Assembly: GCA_038046685.1 (NCBI GenBank)
Contig: JBBSVT010000103.1
Span: 1 to 50,810 of the forward strand
Direction of reading: 5' to 3'
Length of the DNA: 50,810 bases
From: Nanobdellota archaeon
Lineage (GTDB): Archaea; Nanobdellota; Nanobdellia; Woesearchaeales; GW2011-AR4
Every line of letters begins with the position of its first letter. Position 1 is the stretch's first letter. Position numbers and translations under genes: made by a program. Shown in pieces: positions 17,611 to 28,500 of this stretch. A model generated the notes under the pieces. It did not search any database. It was not told the origin of the DNA and saw only the letters and a list, made by a program, of their open reading frames with translations.

Positions 17611-18104
17611 TACTTTGAAAAGGTTTCCACGCTCAATATTCCAAATCTATATGTTTTTGTGATTGAATCATATAAAGATACAGGTATATTCGTAATAAAC
17701 TTTGGAGAATTTTGCCTCTTTCTTGAATAAATTGTCCATTGGCTTTTATCAAGCCCAGTAATTTGTGGATATATTTGAGTTATGTTTATCTCGCTGAATT
17801 CAAACATATCATAATAATAAATCTCATTTTGTCTTTGTTTCATCAAAACTTCTGCTGTTTTTAATTTTAATATGTCAATGCAGTCAGTTTCCTCTGTTAT
17901 AACATCCTTGCTGCACTGCAATTCCGGCAAAAACATTGCTCTTTGGGCTATTCCAATAGCTCTAAGCTGCGACGCTTCATCTTGCTCAGACCCAATATTT
18001 CCCTTAATTACCATAGCATAAAAAATGAAACCAACAGCAACAAGTATGAAAAACACAAACAATACTGCAATTGTCTCCCCTATCTGGATTTGGGATTTTT
18101 TCAT
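17610..18104 (-). CDS. Class III signal peptide (pilin-like) protein
   Basis: MKKS|QIQIGETIAVLFVFF; LPELQCS. Confidence 0.78.
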   Translation of the reverse strand: MKKSQIQIGETIAVLFVFFILVAVGFIFYAMVIKGNIGSEQDEASQLRAIGIAQRAMFLPELQCSKDVITEETDCIDILKLKTAEVLMKQRQNEIYYYDMFEFSEINITQIYPQITGLDKSQWTIYSRKRQNSPKFITNIPVSLYDSITKTYRFGILSVETFSK

Positions 18105-18105
18105 T

Positions 18106-19122
18106 TTAATAAATCAAGGGGCATGAATTTTTTTTTGCATCGTCATTTGCATTAATCAAGATTTCGGCAGCCTCTGATATTTTGTTGATATTTTCGTTAT
18201 TGAAAACAGAAGAAGCTGCTGAAATTTTAGTTAACTCTCTTGATGCAGTGGAATATTGATTGCATTGGGCTTGCCTGTTAGACCTGCGCATTTCCTCAGA
18301 TCTTCCTATCTCTTCAATCATTTTATCTGTTCTCCCCCTGTAAATATCAGTTGTTAATCTAAGCCGAGAAAAAACATTTTTCATGCTGCATTCATATAGA
18401 TCTTTTGTATCGGAATAAACAGCTCCAATCAGGGCAGATTTTGTGATGTAAGGCAGTTGACCTTGTGATAACAGTCTGTTCTCATTCTCTTGATAGAACT
18501 CTATTGTTCCTTTTTCTTTATTTCCAATAATCCTAAGGGCAGTTACATCGGAGTCTGGAAAACTTTTTAAATCAATATTATTAACAGAATTATCAAAAAC
18601 AATAAATCTGATTTTATAGTTATTTTCATTTTTTATGGCTGGAGGGGATAAATAAATCTCCTTCTTTAAATTTGAAGGCAATGACCCGTACACATCCCTA
18701 GCGAAATCGTTACTTCCAATTATTATGTACCTTACTTGCGGGTTTGTCATAAAAAGGAGGTTTGTTGCTTTGTAAGGGACATTAAAAGGCAATGTTTGTG
18801 CTATCAGCTTGTTTCCTTTAATTAGTCCTGGAGCAAATAGTATTAAATTCTGGTACTGCCTGGAAATTCCGCCGACTGAAACCCTGTTGCAGCCTATTTC
18901 GATATTAGAATTAGGCATATTTATTGTTTTTATCGTGTCTGTGCTGACGCTCGTTCCTATTATTATCGCTTCCATGCTTTTAAGCACGGTTGCCTTTGCT
19001 GATGTTTCTGAAACACCTCTTTGCTTAACAACAAGACTCGTAAAAAAAAGGAGTATTGCAGCTCCAGCTACCAATACAAATATCCAGTTGAACTGAATTT
19101 CCATGCCTCTTTTTTTAAGCAT
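18106..19122 (-). CDS. Class III signal peptide protein
   Basis: MLKKRG|MEIQFNWIFVLVAG; C-terminal CPLIY. Start 19122 is favoured by a TATA box at about 19174-19167. Confidence 0.78.
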   Translation of the reverse strand: MLKKRGMEIQFNWIFVLVAGAAILLFFTSLVVKQRGVSETSAKATVLKSMEAIIIGTSVSTDTIKTINMPNSNIEIGCNRVSVGGISRQYQNLILFAPGLIKGNKLIAQTLPFNVPYKATNLLFMTNPQVRYIIIGSNDFARDVYGSLPSNLKKEIYLSPPAIKNENNYKIRFIVFDNSVNNIDLKSFPDSDVTALRIIGNKEKGTIEFYQENENRLLSQGQLPYITKSALIGAVYSDTKDLYECSMKNVFSRLRLTTDIYRGRTDKMIEEIGRSEEMRRSNRQAQCNQYSTASRELTKISAASSVFNNENINKISEAAEILINANDDAKKNSCPLIY

Positions 19123-20453
19123 TTTTATATAATTTCTATTTTGGATAAATATAATCATCAACTGGTATTTAAAGTTTCGTTAGAAATTTAGTTTACTCTA
19201 TGTTTAGTAAAAATTATATACATAATCCCAATTATATTTAAACTGCTTGTGAAAATCAAAACATTGGTATAATGGCGAAATATTTTTATTCCATGTGGAA
19301 ACTTTTATTTCCAGAGATTCTTTAAATGGGTTAGAGATATGTTAAAAGAATGATTAAGTAAAATATGTTTTTCAAGTTCTTCAAAAGTTGATTAAAGTGA
19401 TTTCATTTTGGTTTTTTTGTATTTTCTTTTAAATTTGTATCTTCTCGCTTACCTATCCCTGTTATTATATCTCCAACGCTCACATCCTTATAAAATACGG
19501 CTTTGCCAGACAATACTGACTCTTCTCTTGGAATACCTGCATCATAAACATTGTACCTTTTGTCATAATCTGACTCAAGCAATACCCCCATTAAATATAA
19601 AACAATAGGATGGTATCTTACTTCCTGACCGTTTGTACTTGGTACTATCCTAAATGTACCATCTCCATTAGACGTCCATTGAGTTCCACAACAGTCTGCG
19701 GGAGTCTGAGTAGGTGATTCCAAACCAATATAAAAATGACCTTCTCCATCCGTGATTTCAAGTTTTGCATTATCTTTGCCTCTTCTAAATAGGTCTCCAA
19801 CATAACAACACCATTGATGAACAATTTCGTGCCAAGTTACGCCACCTACGTCTATCTTGGAATAATCCTCAGGTGGACTTCCTGGTTTGGTTGGTAAAGG
19901 ATGGCTTATATAATACAAAGTTCCCATAAAACCAAAACCCTTTAACCTGCCACTGCTACCGTATACTCCCGAAATATCATATATTGGTAATCCTATTCCA
20001 TTGATTGAATTACTAACCGGACGATAATACGCACCAATATGTTCCTGAGGAAATTCGGGCCTTGAGACTGTGGGGACATTAAAGGCTGCAAAAAAGAAAA
20101 TGAAATCATAATCATCTGGATTTCCTTTATAAAATTCTTTTACTATTTTGTCATCCCAATAACCAATAATTTCTCCTGTAACGGGACTTCTACGTAGCAT
20201 TTCGTCAGTAATTGTAAGAATCTTTACAGGCTCGCTAGCATCAATAGTGTATAGTACCGAATTAAGTTTACATTAATTCTTAAACAATAAGTCGTATTCC
20301 AATATACGAAAATTTGACAATAAACGTCCCTACACTCAAATCTGTCAAAATGTAAACCTAAATCGTAACCTCCGATTTAATTTTAGACGACAAAACCCAT
20401 AGTACCGATTTAGGTTTACTTGTACCGAAATTGGTTTACATTTCTGCGCCTTT

Positions 20454-21322
20454 TTAAAGGCGCTTTTTGTATGCTTCATTTGGAGTCATATAATCTACTG
20501 CTTCGCTTGGTCTTTCGTTGTTATAATGGTCGATAAAGTCGTCAAGCGTTTCAAATCGCTCGTCAAATTCTTTATCTAAAATATCAAAGAATTTCTCTAT
20601 CTTCCCGTTTGTTTGAGGGTGTCTTCTTTTTGATGGCACGAAAATTATTCCCAGCTCAGCTAGTGCTTCCTGAAATTCGTGGTTTGCCTTCCCTTTTTTG
20701 TCCAGTTTGTTTGAAATAAACTGCGAGCCTCTATCGCTGTTCAATATGAAAGGCGTTACTAGATTTTCTGCAATTGCGCTGTAAAGCGCAAACAAAGAAT
20801 TCTTGGTTGTTTCTCTCCCAATCCCATATCCCATAATTTTTCTCGAACAGTCGTCAAGAAATGGAATTATTTTTTTCCCCTTCAGTTTTTTGGCTTTAAT
20901 TACGTGCCAATCAGTATGCCACATGTAATTTGGCAATGGTCATTCATATCTCTTGTATTTTCTTGGTTTTCTTCTCTTCAAATTGGGCTTTTGAAAGCCC
21001 TCTTTTACTAAGACTTGGCTTATTTTCCTTAGAGAAACCCTGAAACCTTTGCTTTTGAGTATAGCATGGAGCTTTCTTGCTCCGCATTTGTATTTTTTCC
21101 AATATTCGACTACTAAATCATAGAATTTTGAACTTAAAGGCTCAAAGAGCCTTCCTGACTTATGGTTTTTAAGTCCATCTTCGCCCCATTCATTATATCT
21201 TTGCTCTATTTTCCATAAAGCCATTCGGCTTATTTTCATCGCCATAGCGATATTATTTCTCAGTACACCTTTCTTTATCTGTCTTATAGCCCATTTTCTT
21301 TTTTTTCATTAAGTTTTGGCAT
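20454..21322 (-). pseudogene. IS481-family DDE transposase, inactivated
   Basis: ATG at 21322 with GAGGTG SD; frameshift in an A8 run near 21300; in-frame TGA at 20940-20942 (RYE*PLPN, a Trp position); DDE motifs WHTDW, SDRGSQF, NGKIE. Confidence 0.88.
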
Positions 21323-21375
21323 TAAAACCACCTCAGAAGTGGGAAAATTCAGCAAAATTAAAGTCTTGTTTAAAA

Positions 21376-22909
21376 CCTGACTTCGCCACATCATAATTAA
21401 AAGCTTACAGTTTTCATAAATTTTGGTGATAAAAAATGAAAACTGTAAACTTAAAAAACAATGTAACCTTTAGCATAGGTAATGTAGCGCTTATAGATAA
21501 AGTTAACGAAAAGTACGGGCTTTTTGACAAACTGTTTGACAACCTGGGAACAAAAGCAAAGAACATAAAGCAATCAGCAAAACTGCTATCTTACAATCGC
21601 TTGGACGATTGCGTCTCGATAAACCAATTGACTTCTGTTTATCCTGAAGAGCTTTTCAAGCAGCTTGGCTATAAGAAAATTCCTGCTGACAGATCTATTT
21701 ATCGTGATTTGGATAGGATTGGCCAAAGATTTCCTTTTCTTGAGAATAAGTATCAAGATTTAATAAAGAAAAGAGGTTTAGTCTCTGAAAAACAATTTTT
21801 TGATTTTTCATCGTCTTATTTCGAAGGAAACAAGTCCAAGCTTGGAAAGCTTGGCTACTCCAGAGACCATGAGCCGGGAAAGGAACAACTGACTTTCGGA
21901 ATTTCAACAGGAATCAACAATATTCCAACTGCCTTGACAATACAAAAAGGAAACGTTCAAGATAAAAAACATTTCAAGTTTATGCTCAAAATGGTAAAAC
22001 ATCTTCTGAAAGAGGACAGCATGCTCATCTTTGACTGCGGCGGAAACACAAAAATAAACAAGAAGAAAATAATAAAGAGCAAATTCAATTACTTAACGCT
22101 AAAGCCGAAGAAAAAGAAAACTTACAAAAAATACATTGAGATTTTTAAGAATTCAGAGAAGGGAAATTTTATTGTGAATGATATCGGGTACAAATCAGTT
22201 AAGGTTAAAGAAGGCGATGAAATTCAATATATTTTCTACTCGAACGAACTGCACAAAGACCAAACGAAAAAGCGGAATATAAAGTTTGAGCGTGAACTTA
22301 AAAAGAATGAGCCAAAGCTCATTAAGGTGAAGAAAGGGAAAGTAATCGGTAGCTACATTTCAAAAGAAGGGTACATTCTAGCCAAAGGAAGCATCCAAAA
22401 GACTTTGGATGAAATAAGGAATCCATTTATCAATGGTATGGAGGACTATTTTATTCTTGAAAGCTCTGTTGATGCTGAACCTGAAAAAATTCTCATGCTT
22501 TACAAAGACAAGGACAAAGCAGAGAAGCTTATACGAAATATGAAGGAAGGAACAGAACTAAGACCAATCAGGCATTGGTCAACCAATGCTATTATAGGGT
22601 ATTTGTTCATTGTTTTCCTCACGAATTGCCTGATAAATTTGACACATTTCCTAGCAAAGCTTCCCGTCGTTAAAAATTTGAAGTTACTCAAAAAATATCT
22701 CAACAATTTGACACTTACTGTAGTTTATCCCAAAAACAAGTTTAGATTTAGTGTTTTATCAAACATTTCTCAAGAAATTCTTGAGATTTTAGGTAATTTT
22801 GTCTATAAATATGAAGATAAATCGCTAGATTTACGCTGGTAAAAGCCAACTGTCAAAATGTGAAAGGTGAAAAAATTAAATAGAAGAATGTTAAAGTGGC
22901 GAAGTCAGG
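21376..22909 (+). mobile_element. IS1634-family element nested in IS481
   Basis: Perfect 14-bp TIR CCTGACTTCGCCAC (21376-21389 / 22896-22909); 6-bp TSD TTAAAA at 21370-21375 and 22910-22915. Confidence 0.88.
21436..22842 (+). CDS. IS1634-family transposase (apparently intact)
   Basis: [45 protein letters not shown]. Confidence 0.85.
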   Translation: MKTVNLKNNVTFSIGNVALIDKVNEKYGLFDKLFDNLGTKAKNIKQSAKLLSYNRLDDCVSINQLTSVYPEELFKQLGYKKIPADRSIYRDLDRIGQRFPFLENKYQDLIKKRGLVSEKQFFDFSSSYFEGNKSKLGKLGYSRDHEPGKEQLTFGISTGINNIPTALTIQKGNVQDKKHFKFMLKMVKHLLKEDSMLIFDCGGNTKINKKKIIKSKFNYLTLKPKKKKTYKKYIEIFKNSEKGNFIVNDIGYKSVKVKEGDEIQYIFYSNELHKDQTKKRNIKFERELKKNEPKLIKVKKGKVIGSYISKEGYILAKGSIQKTLDEIRNPFINGMEDYFILESSVDAEPEKILMLYKDKDKAEKLIRNMKEGTELRPIRHWSTNAIIGYLFIVFLTNCLINLTHFLAKLPVVKNLKLLKKYLNNLTLTVVYPKNKFRFSVLSNISQEILEILGNFVYKYEDKSLDLRW

Positions 22910-23129
22910 TTAAAAACTATCTAGAATGTAAACCAATTACGATACTAAACACGCTAGCATCAATAGTTGCTAATTTATAAGTAGCTTCATTAAAATTTAA
23001 AGGAAAGTTATTTTTGGATTTTGTAAGAAGATCTAAAATTAAAGGAGTTATAGCTTCATTAGAATCTTTCACTAAGAGTACATAAGCAACTTTACCTAGG
23101 GACTTTATTGGGTGTTGATTTGTTGATTG

Positions 23130-24875
23130 TTACCTGCATCTTAACGGATAATTAGCTTCAGTTGGTTGAGAACAAATATTTCCGCCGCCATCAACAATCA
23201 TGCTTTCTGGTTTTAAGTATGGTGCTGGAAGGGTTATGCCGAAATCATTGTTTGTGAATATGTTGTTGCCGAGAATAAGCTCATTTTGAGTAAGAACTCG
23301 TTCGCCTGATAATTGACTTAAACCTCCAAAATATTGCAGATTAAAAAAAGATGAGGTAGGGTCTGTATTACTAACTCGCTTAGGATTTATAAATTTATTA
23401 TTGCTAAAAATATTGTCTTTAAAGAATCTGTATTCATCTTGAGGCATTACTCTTTCTGTGTCCCAGCCTCTGGGACGCAGGCCGTAGGTTAAAGCAAAAT
23501 TAAACAAATGAGGAGAATCTTCAATAATATTTTGGGATACTAAATTGTCTTTCCAACTGTTCCAATACCATCCTCCTATACCGCAAAGGCCATTGTTCTT
23601 TATGTTATTATTTGATATTTGAGTTTTAGAAATAAAACCAAGTGTTTCTATACCACAATCATAATGGTTTTTAATCAAGTTATTCTGAATAATATCTTCA
23701 GTTTCGTCACCTAAAACAATCCCATCATCTGCACCAATTTGCTTTAATAGGTCACCGTCCGATCTTCCATCAATTCTATTGTTAATTATTTTATTGTTTG
23801 ATCCAAAAATAGAGATTATAAGACCGCCTGGATCAAATGATTGAGCATATGAAACGTCATTATTTTCAATGATATTTCCAGATGAGTACTCCTGCTGGTA
23901 ATAAGTTTCGATATAATTATCTTTAATCTGAATATTTGAACTCTTAAATACCTTAGTAGCATGGAGACGATTTCTACTGATAACACCTTTATCGCTGTAT
24001 GATACAAGTAATGCAGTAACTCGTCCTCCGGTTGTTTTTAATGTACATTCATTCAGTTTAAAATTCCTTATATTATTTATAGTAACATCGGTGTTAATTG
24101 CAACATCGGAAATACCGCTTGTAATAGAATGTCCATTACAATTTATATATACATCATTCGTATCATGAACATTCAAACAAGTACCAGTTGTCGAACTTAA
24201 ATCCCTATCCAAAACATAATTCCCGCTTTGTGTTATTTCTTGACAAGAAGTTAACGTTATAGTTGGTAATGTAATTTTCCCAAACCTCACCACACTCGGA
24301 GTTACAATATCCTGACCATTCTGATTTTTTAATCGTGTAGTTATTGAATATTCTCCATCTTGTAAATTATCATCATTTCGAAATTTATACGTAAACAATG
24401 TACCTCTCCAACCATCAGCATTTGGAGGAATTGTTACATCATCAGTATAAGGGCAATTTGGCAAAGGTGCTGGAACTTTTGCGGGCTTTTTGCAGCAATA
24501 ATAATCAGTTTTATATCTCATCACATACCTTCCTTGTTCGCAAGTATTACCTATTCTAATTTGTGGTTCTCCGCAGCAAAAATCATTATTCCAAGACCAT
24601 ACAATTGAAGGCATCAAATCATGTTCATCATTATTTGGAAATCTAACCTTGACTTCCAGTCTTGCATTAATATTATCTGCTCCTGTATTTATGACTTGAT
24701 AATCTAAATTTAAAATATTCCCTACTCTATAAGTCTCAGAAATAGTACTCATTTTTAATTGAAGATTTGTATTAATTTGTGCATTAATTGGAGTGATGTT
24801 GAGGACAAATAAAATTAAAATGATTAATAAAATCATGCTTTTAAATAAAAAACTGCGAAAGTCTAGTGAAAACAT
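23130..24875 (-). CDS. Secreted protein with a right-handed beta-helix (NosD/pectin-lyase-like) domain
   Basis: N-terminal signal peptide; CQEITQSGNYVL.RDL...CL.V.....INCNGHSI; Asn/Ile ladders. Confidence 0.78.
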   Translation of the reverse strand: MFSLDFRSFLFKSMILLIILILFVLNITPINAQINTNLQLKMSTISETYRVGNILNLDYQVINTGADNINARLEVKVRFPNNDEHDLMPSIVWSWNNDFCCGEPQIRIGNTCEQGRYVMRYKTDYYCCKKPAKVPAPLPNCPYTDDVTIPPNADGWRGTLFTYKFRNDDNLQDGEYSITTRLKNQNGQDIVTPSVVRFGKITLPTITLTSCQEITQSGNYVLDRDLSSTTGTCLNVHDTNDVYINCNGHSITSGISDVAINTDVTINNIRNFKLNECTLKTTGGRVTALLVSYSDKGVISRNRLHATKVFKSSNIQIKDNYIETYYQQEYSSGNIIENNDVSYAQSFDPGGLIISIFGSNNKIINNRIDGRSDGDLLKQIGADDGIVLGDETEDIIQNNLIKNHYDCGIETLGFISKTQISNNNIKNNGLCGIGGWYWNSWKDNLVSQNIIEDSPHLFNFALTYGLRPRGWDTERVMPQDEYRFFKDNIFSNNKFINPKRVSNTDPTSSFFNLQYFGGLSQLSGERVLTQNELILGNNIFTNNDFGITLPAPYLKPESMIVDGGGNICSQPTEANYPLRCR

Positions 24876-24882
24876 TTTTTCA

Positions 24883-25530
24883 TTAACCCCTTAAGCTGGC
24901 TAAGTTAGCAGTTGGTAATGCAGTTATACTCAAAGCTTCGGCAGCGCTTGACGAGCTTAGGCCAGTTAAACTTGCAGGTTCATTGCCCCATTCACTTATC
25001 AAAACATGATTTCCCATTCCTTCCAGCCTTAAGCTTATTTGATTGTTCTTGGCATTAATGCACAACACATCTCCTTCTACTGATATTTTGCCAATTGAGT
25101 ATGAATCACCTCCAACCAAAAAAACATTTTTTTCAGCTTCGGATTTGATGCTGTCTTTGATGATAGGGTCATTGGTCCCTTGCGGATTATCCTTATTGAT
25201 TATTTGCTCAAAACTTTCAACAAAACATACCTTATTATGCCCAGAGCACAACTGCAAATCCTTTCTTTTCACGCTTCCAAAATCGCTTGTTATGCTTTCA
25301 ATTGAATTGCTCAAATCATTCTTAAACTTAAGGCAGGCAACTTGCTCGCCCCTTGTTGTAAAAATCTGTATTGTGCTATAGCCAAAAATCAAAATGCCTG
25401 AGATTAAAACTAAAGCCAGGATATAGATGAATATTTGGCTGTACAGTTGGGATTTTTTTAGGAATTTTGAAGATATTTCGCATCGAAAGTGATTGGTTTC
25501 CGTTGTCTCGCTGTTTTCATTTTGGGGCAT
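24883..25530 (-). CDS. Class III signal peptide (pilin-like) protein
   Basis: LKKS|QLYSQIFIYILALVL; start position uncertain. Confidence 0.75.
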   Translation of the reverse strand: MPQNENSETTETNHFRCEISSKFLKKSQLYSQIFIYILALVLISGILIFGYSTIQIFTTRGEQVACLKFKNDLSNSIESITSDFGSVKRKDLQLCSGHNKVCFVESFEQIINKDNPQGTNDPIIKDSIKSEAEKNVFLVGGDSYSIGKISVEGDVLCINAKNNQISLRLEGMGNHVLISEWGNEPASLTGLSSSSAAEALSITALPTANLASLRG

Positions 25531-28500
25531 TTTTGTGTTTTACGGCCTTTTTCTGTTTTGATTCCTTAGCTATCTGCTTTAATCTTATAAAAACGTCTTC
25601 TCTTGGTTTTTTATGTTTGGTTTGTTTATTTTTGTGTATTCCCATTTCACCTAATTTTGTTTCTCTTGATTCTGGTTTTTCTACTTTTGGTGGGTTTACT
25701 TCATCATGCGATTTTTCAATTTCAAACGTTTTGAATAATTTTGCTATTTCTGCTTTTTTTTGCTCACTTTTCTTCCTAAGCCGCTCTCTTATATTGATTG
25801 CATCTTCTCTTGCCCTTGAAAATTGTTTAGGTGGTTGTTGGGTTATTGTCTTCGATAGTGATTTTTGCTTAGGCAATCCAAATTTTTCCTTTTTTGTAGT
25901 TTTTGCTTTGTATGCTAAGTATCCAAAACCAATGAGCAATATTACTATGCCAAAAGCAAATAATAATATTTTGAGGAAACTGGATTTTGGGTGGTCTTCA
26001 GGATCAGTTGGGTTTGTGTTCTTATCAACTTCGTCTTTATCGGTAAAGCCGTCGTTGTCTGTATCTGGGTTATTAGGATCTGTGCTATTGCCATATATTT
26101 TCATTAAGTTGAATTCTTCGATGTTCGTCAAGCCATCATTGTCTGAGTCAAGCTGGGCATCGTTAGGCTCATTTGGATTCAATCCATTTTGCACTTCCCA
26201 TTGGTCTGGCAAACCATCCTTGTCAGTATCTTTGCCTTGTTGCGGCTCGTCTATGTCTGGTATGCCGTTGCAATTCTCGTCATTTTCTTCGCATCTCTTG
26301 CATTGATACGAGAAACACTTTAAGCTGTTTTCACAATCTTCATTTACGCCGCAGGTATTACCCTCAGAACATTTCGTTGGGCACGGCCCTCCGCAGTCAA
26401 TATCTGACTCTCCTGAGGTAAGAATGCCGTCCAGGCAACTCTCCTGCGGCCTGCATGTTCCATAGCTGCAAAATTCGCTTTTGCAGTCATTATGATTGTT
26501 GCAATTTTGATTGTTTTGGCATTTTTTGCAAACTCCGCCGCAGTCTGCATCACTTTCTTCCTGATTTTTTACATTATCGTCGCATTTGGGAATTGTGCAT
26601 AATTCATTGTTGCAAAAATTAGTCTTGCAATCACTATCTGCTCCGCATTTTTTCCCAACTCCGCACAATTTGCATCCGCCGCCGCAGTCTGTGTCAATTT
26701 CTCCATTGTCTGTTATTTCGTTTGAGCAGCTTGCAGGCTCCAGACTTGTGTCTACAGTAATCCCGTCACTTTCTTTGACATCGCTAAAAAGACCAACTAC
26801 ATTTTTTGCTTGGACTCTAAAGAAATATCGGCTGCCATTAGTCAGACCTAGACTATTTCCGTTTGATTTGGTTACCACTACCCACTTTTTATTAGCATAA
26901 CTTGTGGTCCAGTTAACAATCTCATTTGGATTTCCTGATTCTACAAGTGAATACAAGTGGGAACTCAATTTAGATTCTTCTTCTAAAGATTCCCATTTAA
27001 CCCTTAAGCTGTCTGCACTCGATGTATAATCTGGATTGTTTGAAAGTGTGCTGTTGTCATCGACAGACAAAAGGCGCGGTGGAGTAATATCAATCGTAAA
27101 AGACACAGGCATTACGTCTGAAAATTTCTCCAAATACTGGTCTTTGCATTTAACAAAAAATGTATGCTTTCCTGGAATCAGAACCAACTTTTTTGTGTGG
27201 CTGTATCCTGAAACGCCGAATATGGTCCCATCCTCAATCAATGCATCATTTTCTGAATATTTGCATTGGGATTTTTTGTTTGTTTCTACGGCCAATGTGA
27301 CATCTGTTGAATTAAAAAATTCCGGAGTATGTGATATAATTGATATCGGAGCTTTTAAGTCCACTTTGAAAGGTATTTCTTTCGTGCCTGATTTTAATTC
27401 TGCCTTGTTCTTGCACGATACAAAATACAAATAATTACCTTCATTTTTTACAGTAATTTCCTGCTTATTTATAACCCTAAAGGTTTCATTGTCAAAGCCA
27501 GAAAATTTTCCATCCATTGTATCAAAATCGTTGGAGGTGTTGCTAAACTTGCAAACTACAGGTTCATCAACCTCTATAGTTAACGCAGTAGTTGATGGCT
27601 TTTCGACAACTGGATTTGGATAAGCAAATGCGCTCTTTAAATTAGGGGGGCTTGTATCAACATTTATATCAAAACTTCTGAACGAACTTTGCTGATTTTG
27701 GCATCTCACATTCAGTTTATGGGTTTTGGTGTCACCATCAGGTATTTTGTTAAAATTTGGAATAGTATGCGAAACTCCCCCAGTGTTTGTAAACTTCTCC
27801 ATAAATTCAAATTCAAAATCATCGTCTAGGCTGTGCCTGCATTCAGCATTATTATCAGTCTCTATTATAATATTAAAAGTGTACTTTGACGCTGTACCGA
27901 ATCTTGGGCTTGCTAGACTTATTGTGGTTGGGTTTGCATCAACAATAAACAAAACAAACCCAGTTATTTCATTTTTTGCAAAGTCTTTTGCAGAGATTTC
28001 AAGCTTTTTATTTCCATCGGTTAGATTAACTACTGCAGTGAATAATTTGTTGTTGTTTGTAGAAAATAAGTATTTAATATCTTTTGAATTTATTGTTGCC
28101 GTAGCTAAGCCAACTTCCTTGTCAAATTCAAGTTTAATCATTATCTCAGAGTCATTTAACACAGAGCCATTAGAAGGGGCAATTGTTAATTCAGGCTTAA
28201 TATTATCGATAACAATGGTTGCTGAAAACGATTGATCCATAAAAATGCCATCTTGGTTCTTTGCGTTTAACTCAAACGTATATTCACCATTTGGTAACAT
28301 CCGTTCTACTGTTAAGCTGACATTTTTATTTGACATATCATTGCCCTGCAAAGTCTCTATATATCCTGTCTCTTTGTTAACAAGGCGCGCAAATGTGATG
28401 ATGGCCGGCTCAACAAATCGCACATTTATATTTGGTTTTTGATTGCTTGTGAAATATTTTTCAAGGACCTTTGTGCCGTCAGTTATCTCAATATTTAGCA

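Larger units (their letters stand above)
20248..22951 (-). mobile_element. IS481-family element (1164 bp without the nested IS1634 and its TSD)
   Basis: TGT...ACA ends with 25-bp imperfect TIRs (TGTATAGTACCGAATTAAGTTTACA / TGTTTAGTATCGTAATTGGTTTACA); 15-bp TSD CGCTAGCATCAATAG at 20233-20247 and 22952-22966. Confidence 0.9.
19403..23129 (-). pseudogene. HExxH zinc-metalloprotease domain split by the IS481 insertion
   Basis: Removing the IS and one TSD copy gives one open frame from 23129 (QSTNQHPIKSLGKVAYVLL...ATIDAS|EPVKILTITDE) into the ORF at 20200; HEIVHQW motif. Confidence 0.8.

Noticed and set aside
21295-21310. Programmed frameshift at the A8 run of the IS481 transposase
   Set aside because: The gene also has a nonsense codon; homopolymer slippage or an assembly error is simpler.
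20342-22861. CTGTCAAAATGT shared between the IS481 end region and the IS1634 right region
   Set aside because: A single 12-bp AT-rich match that is not at either element's boundary.
25467-26306. Long antisense ORFs (also 31906-32574, 38078-38743, 48415-48927 and others)
   Set aside because: They are shadows of well-supported genes on the opposite strand and have no recognisable motifs.
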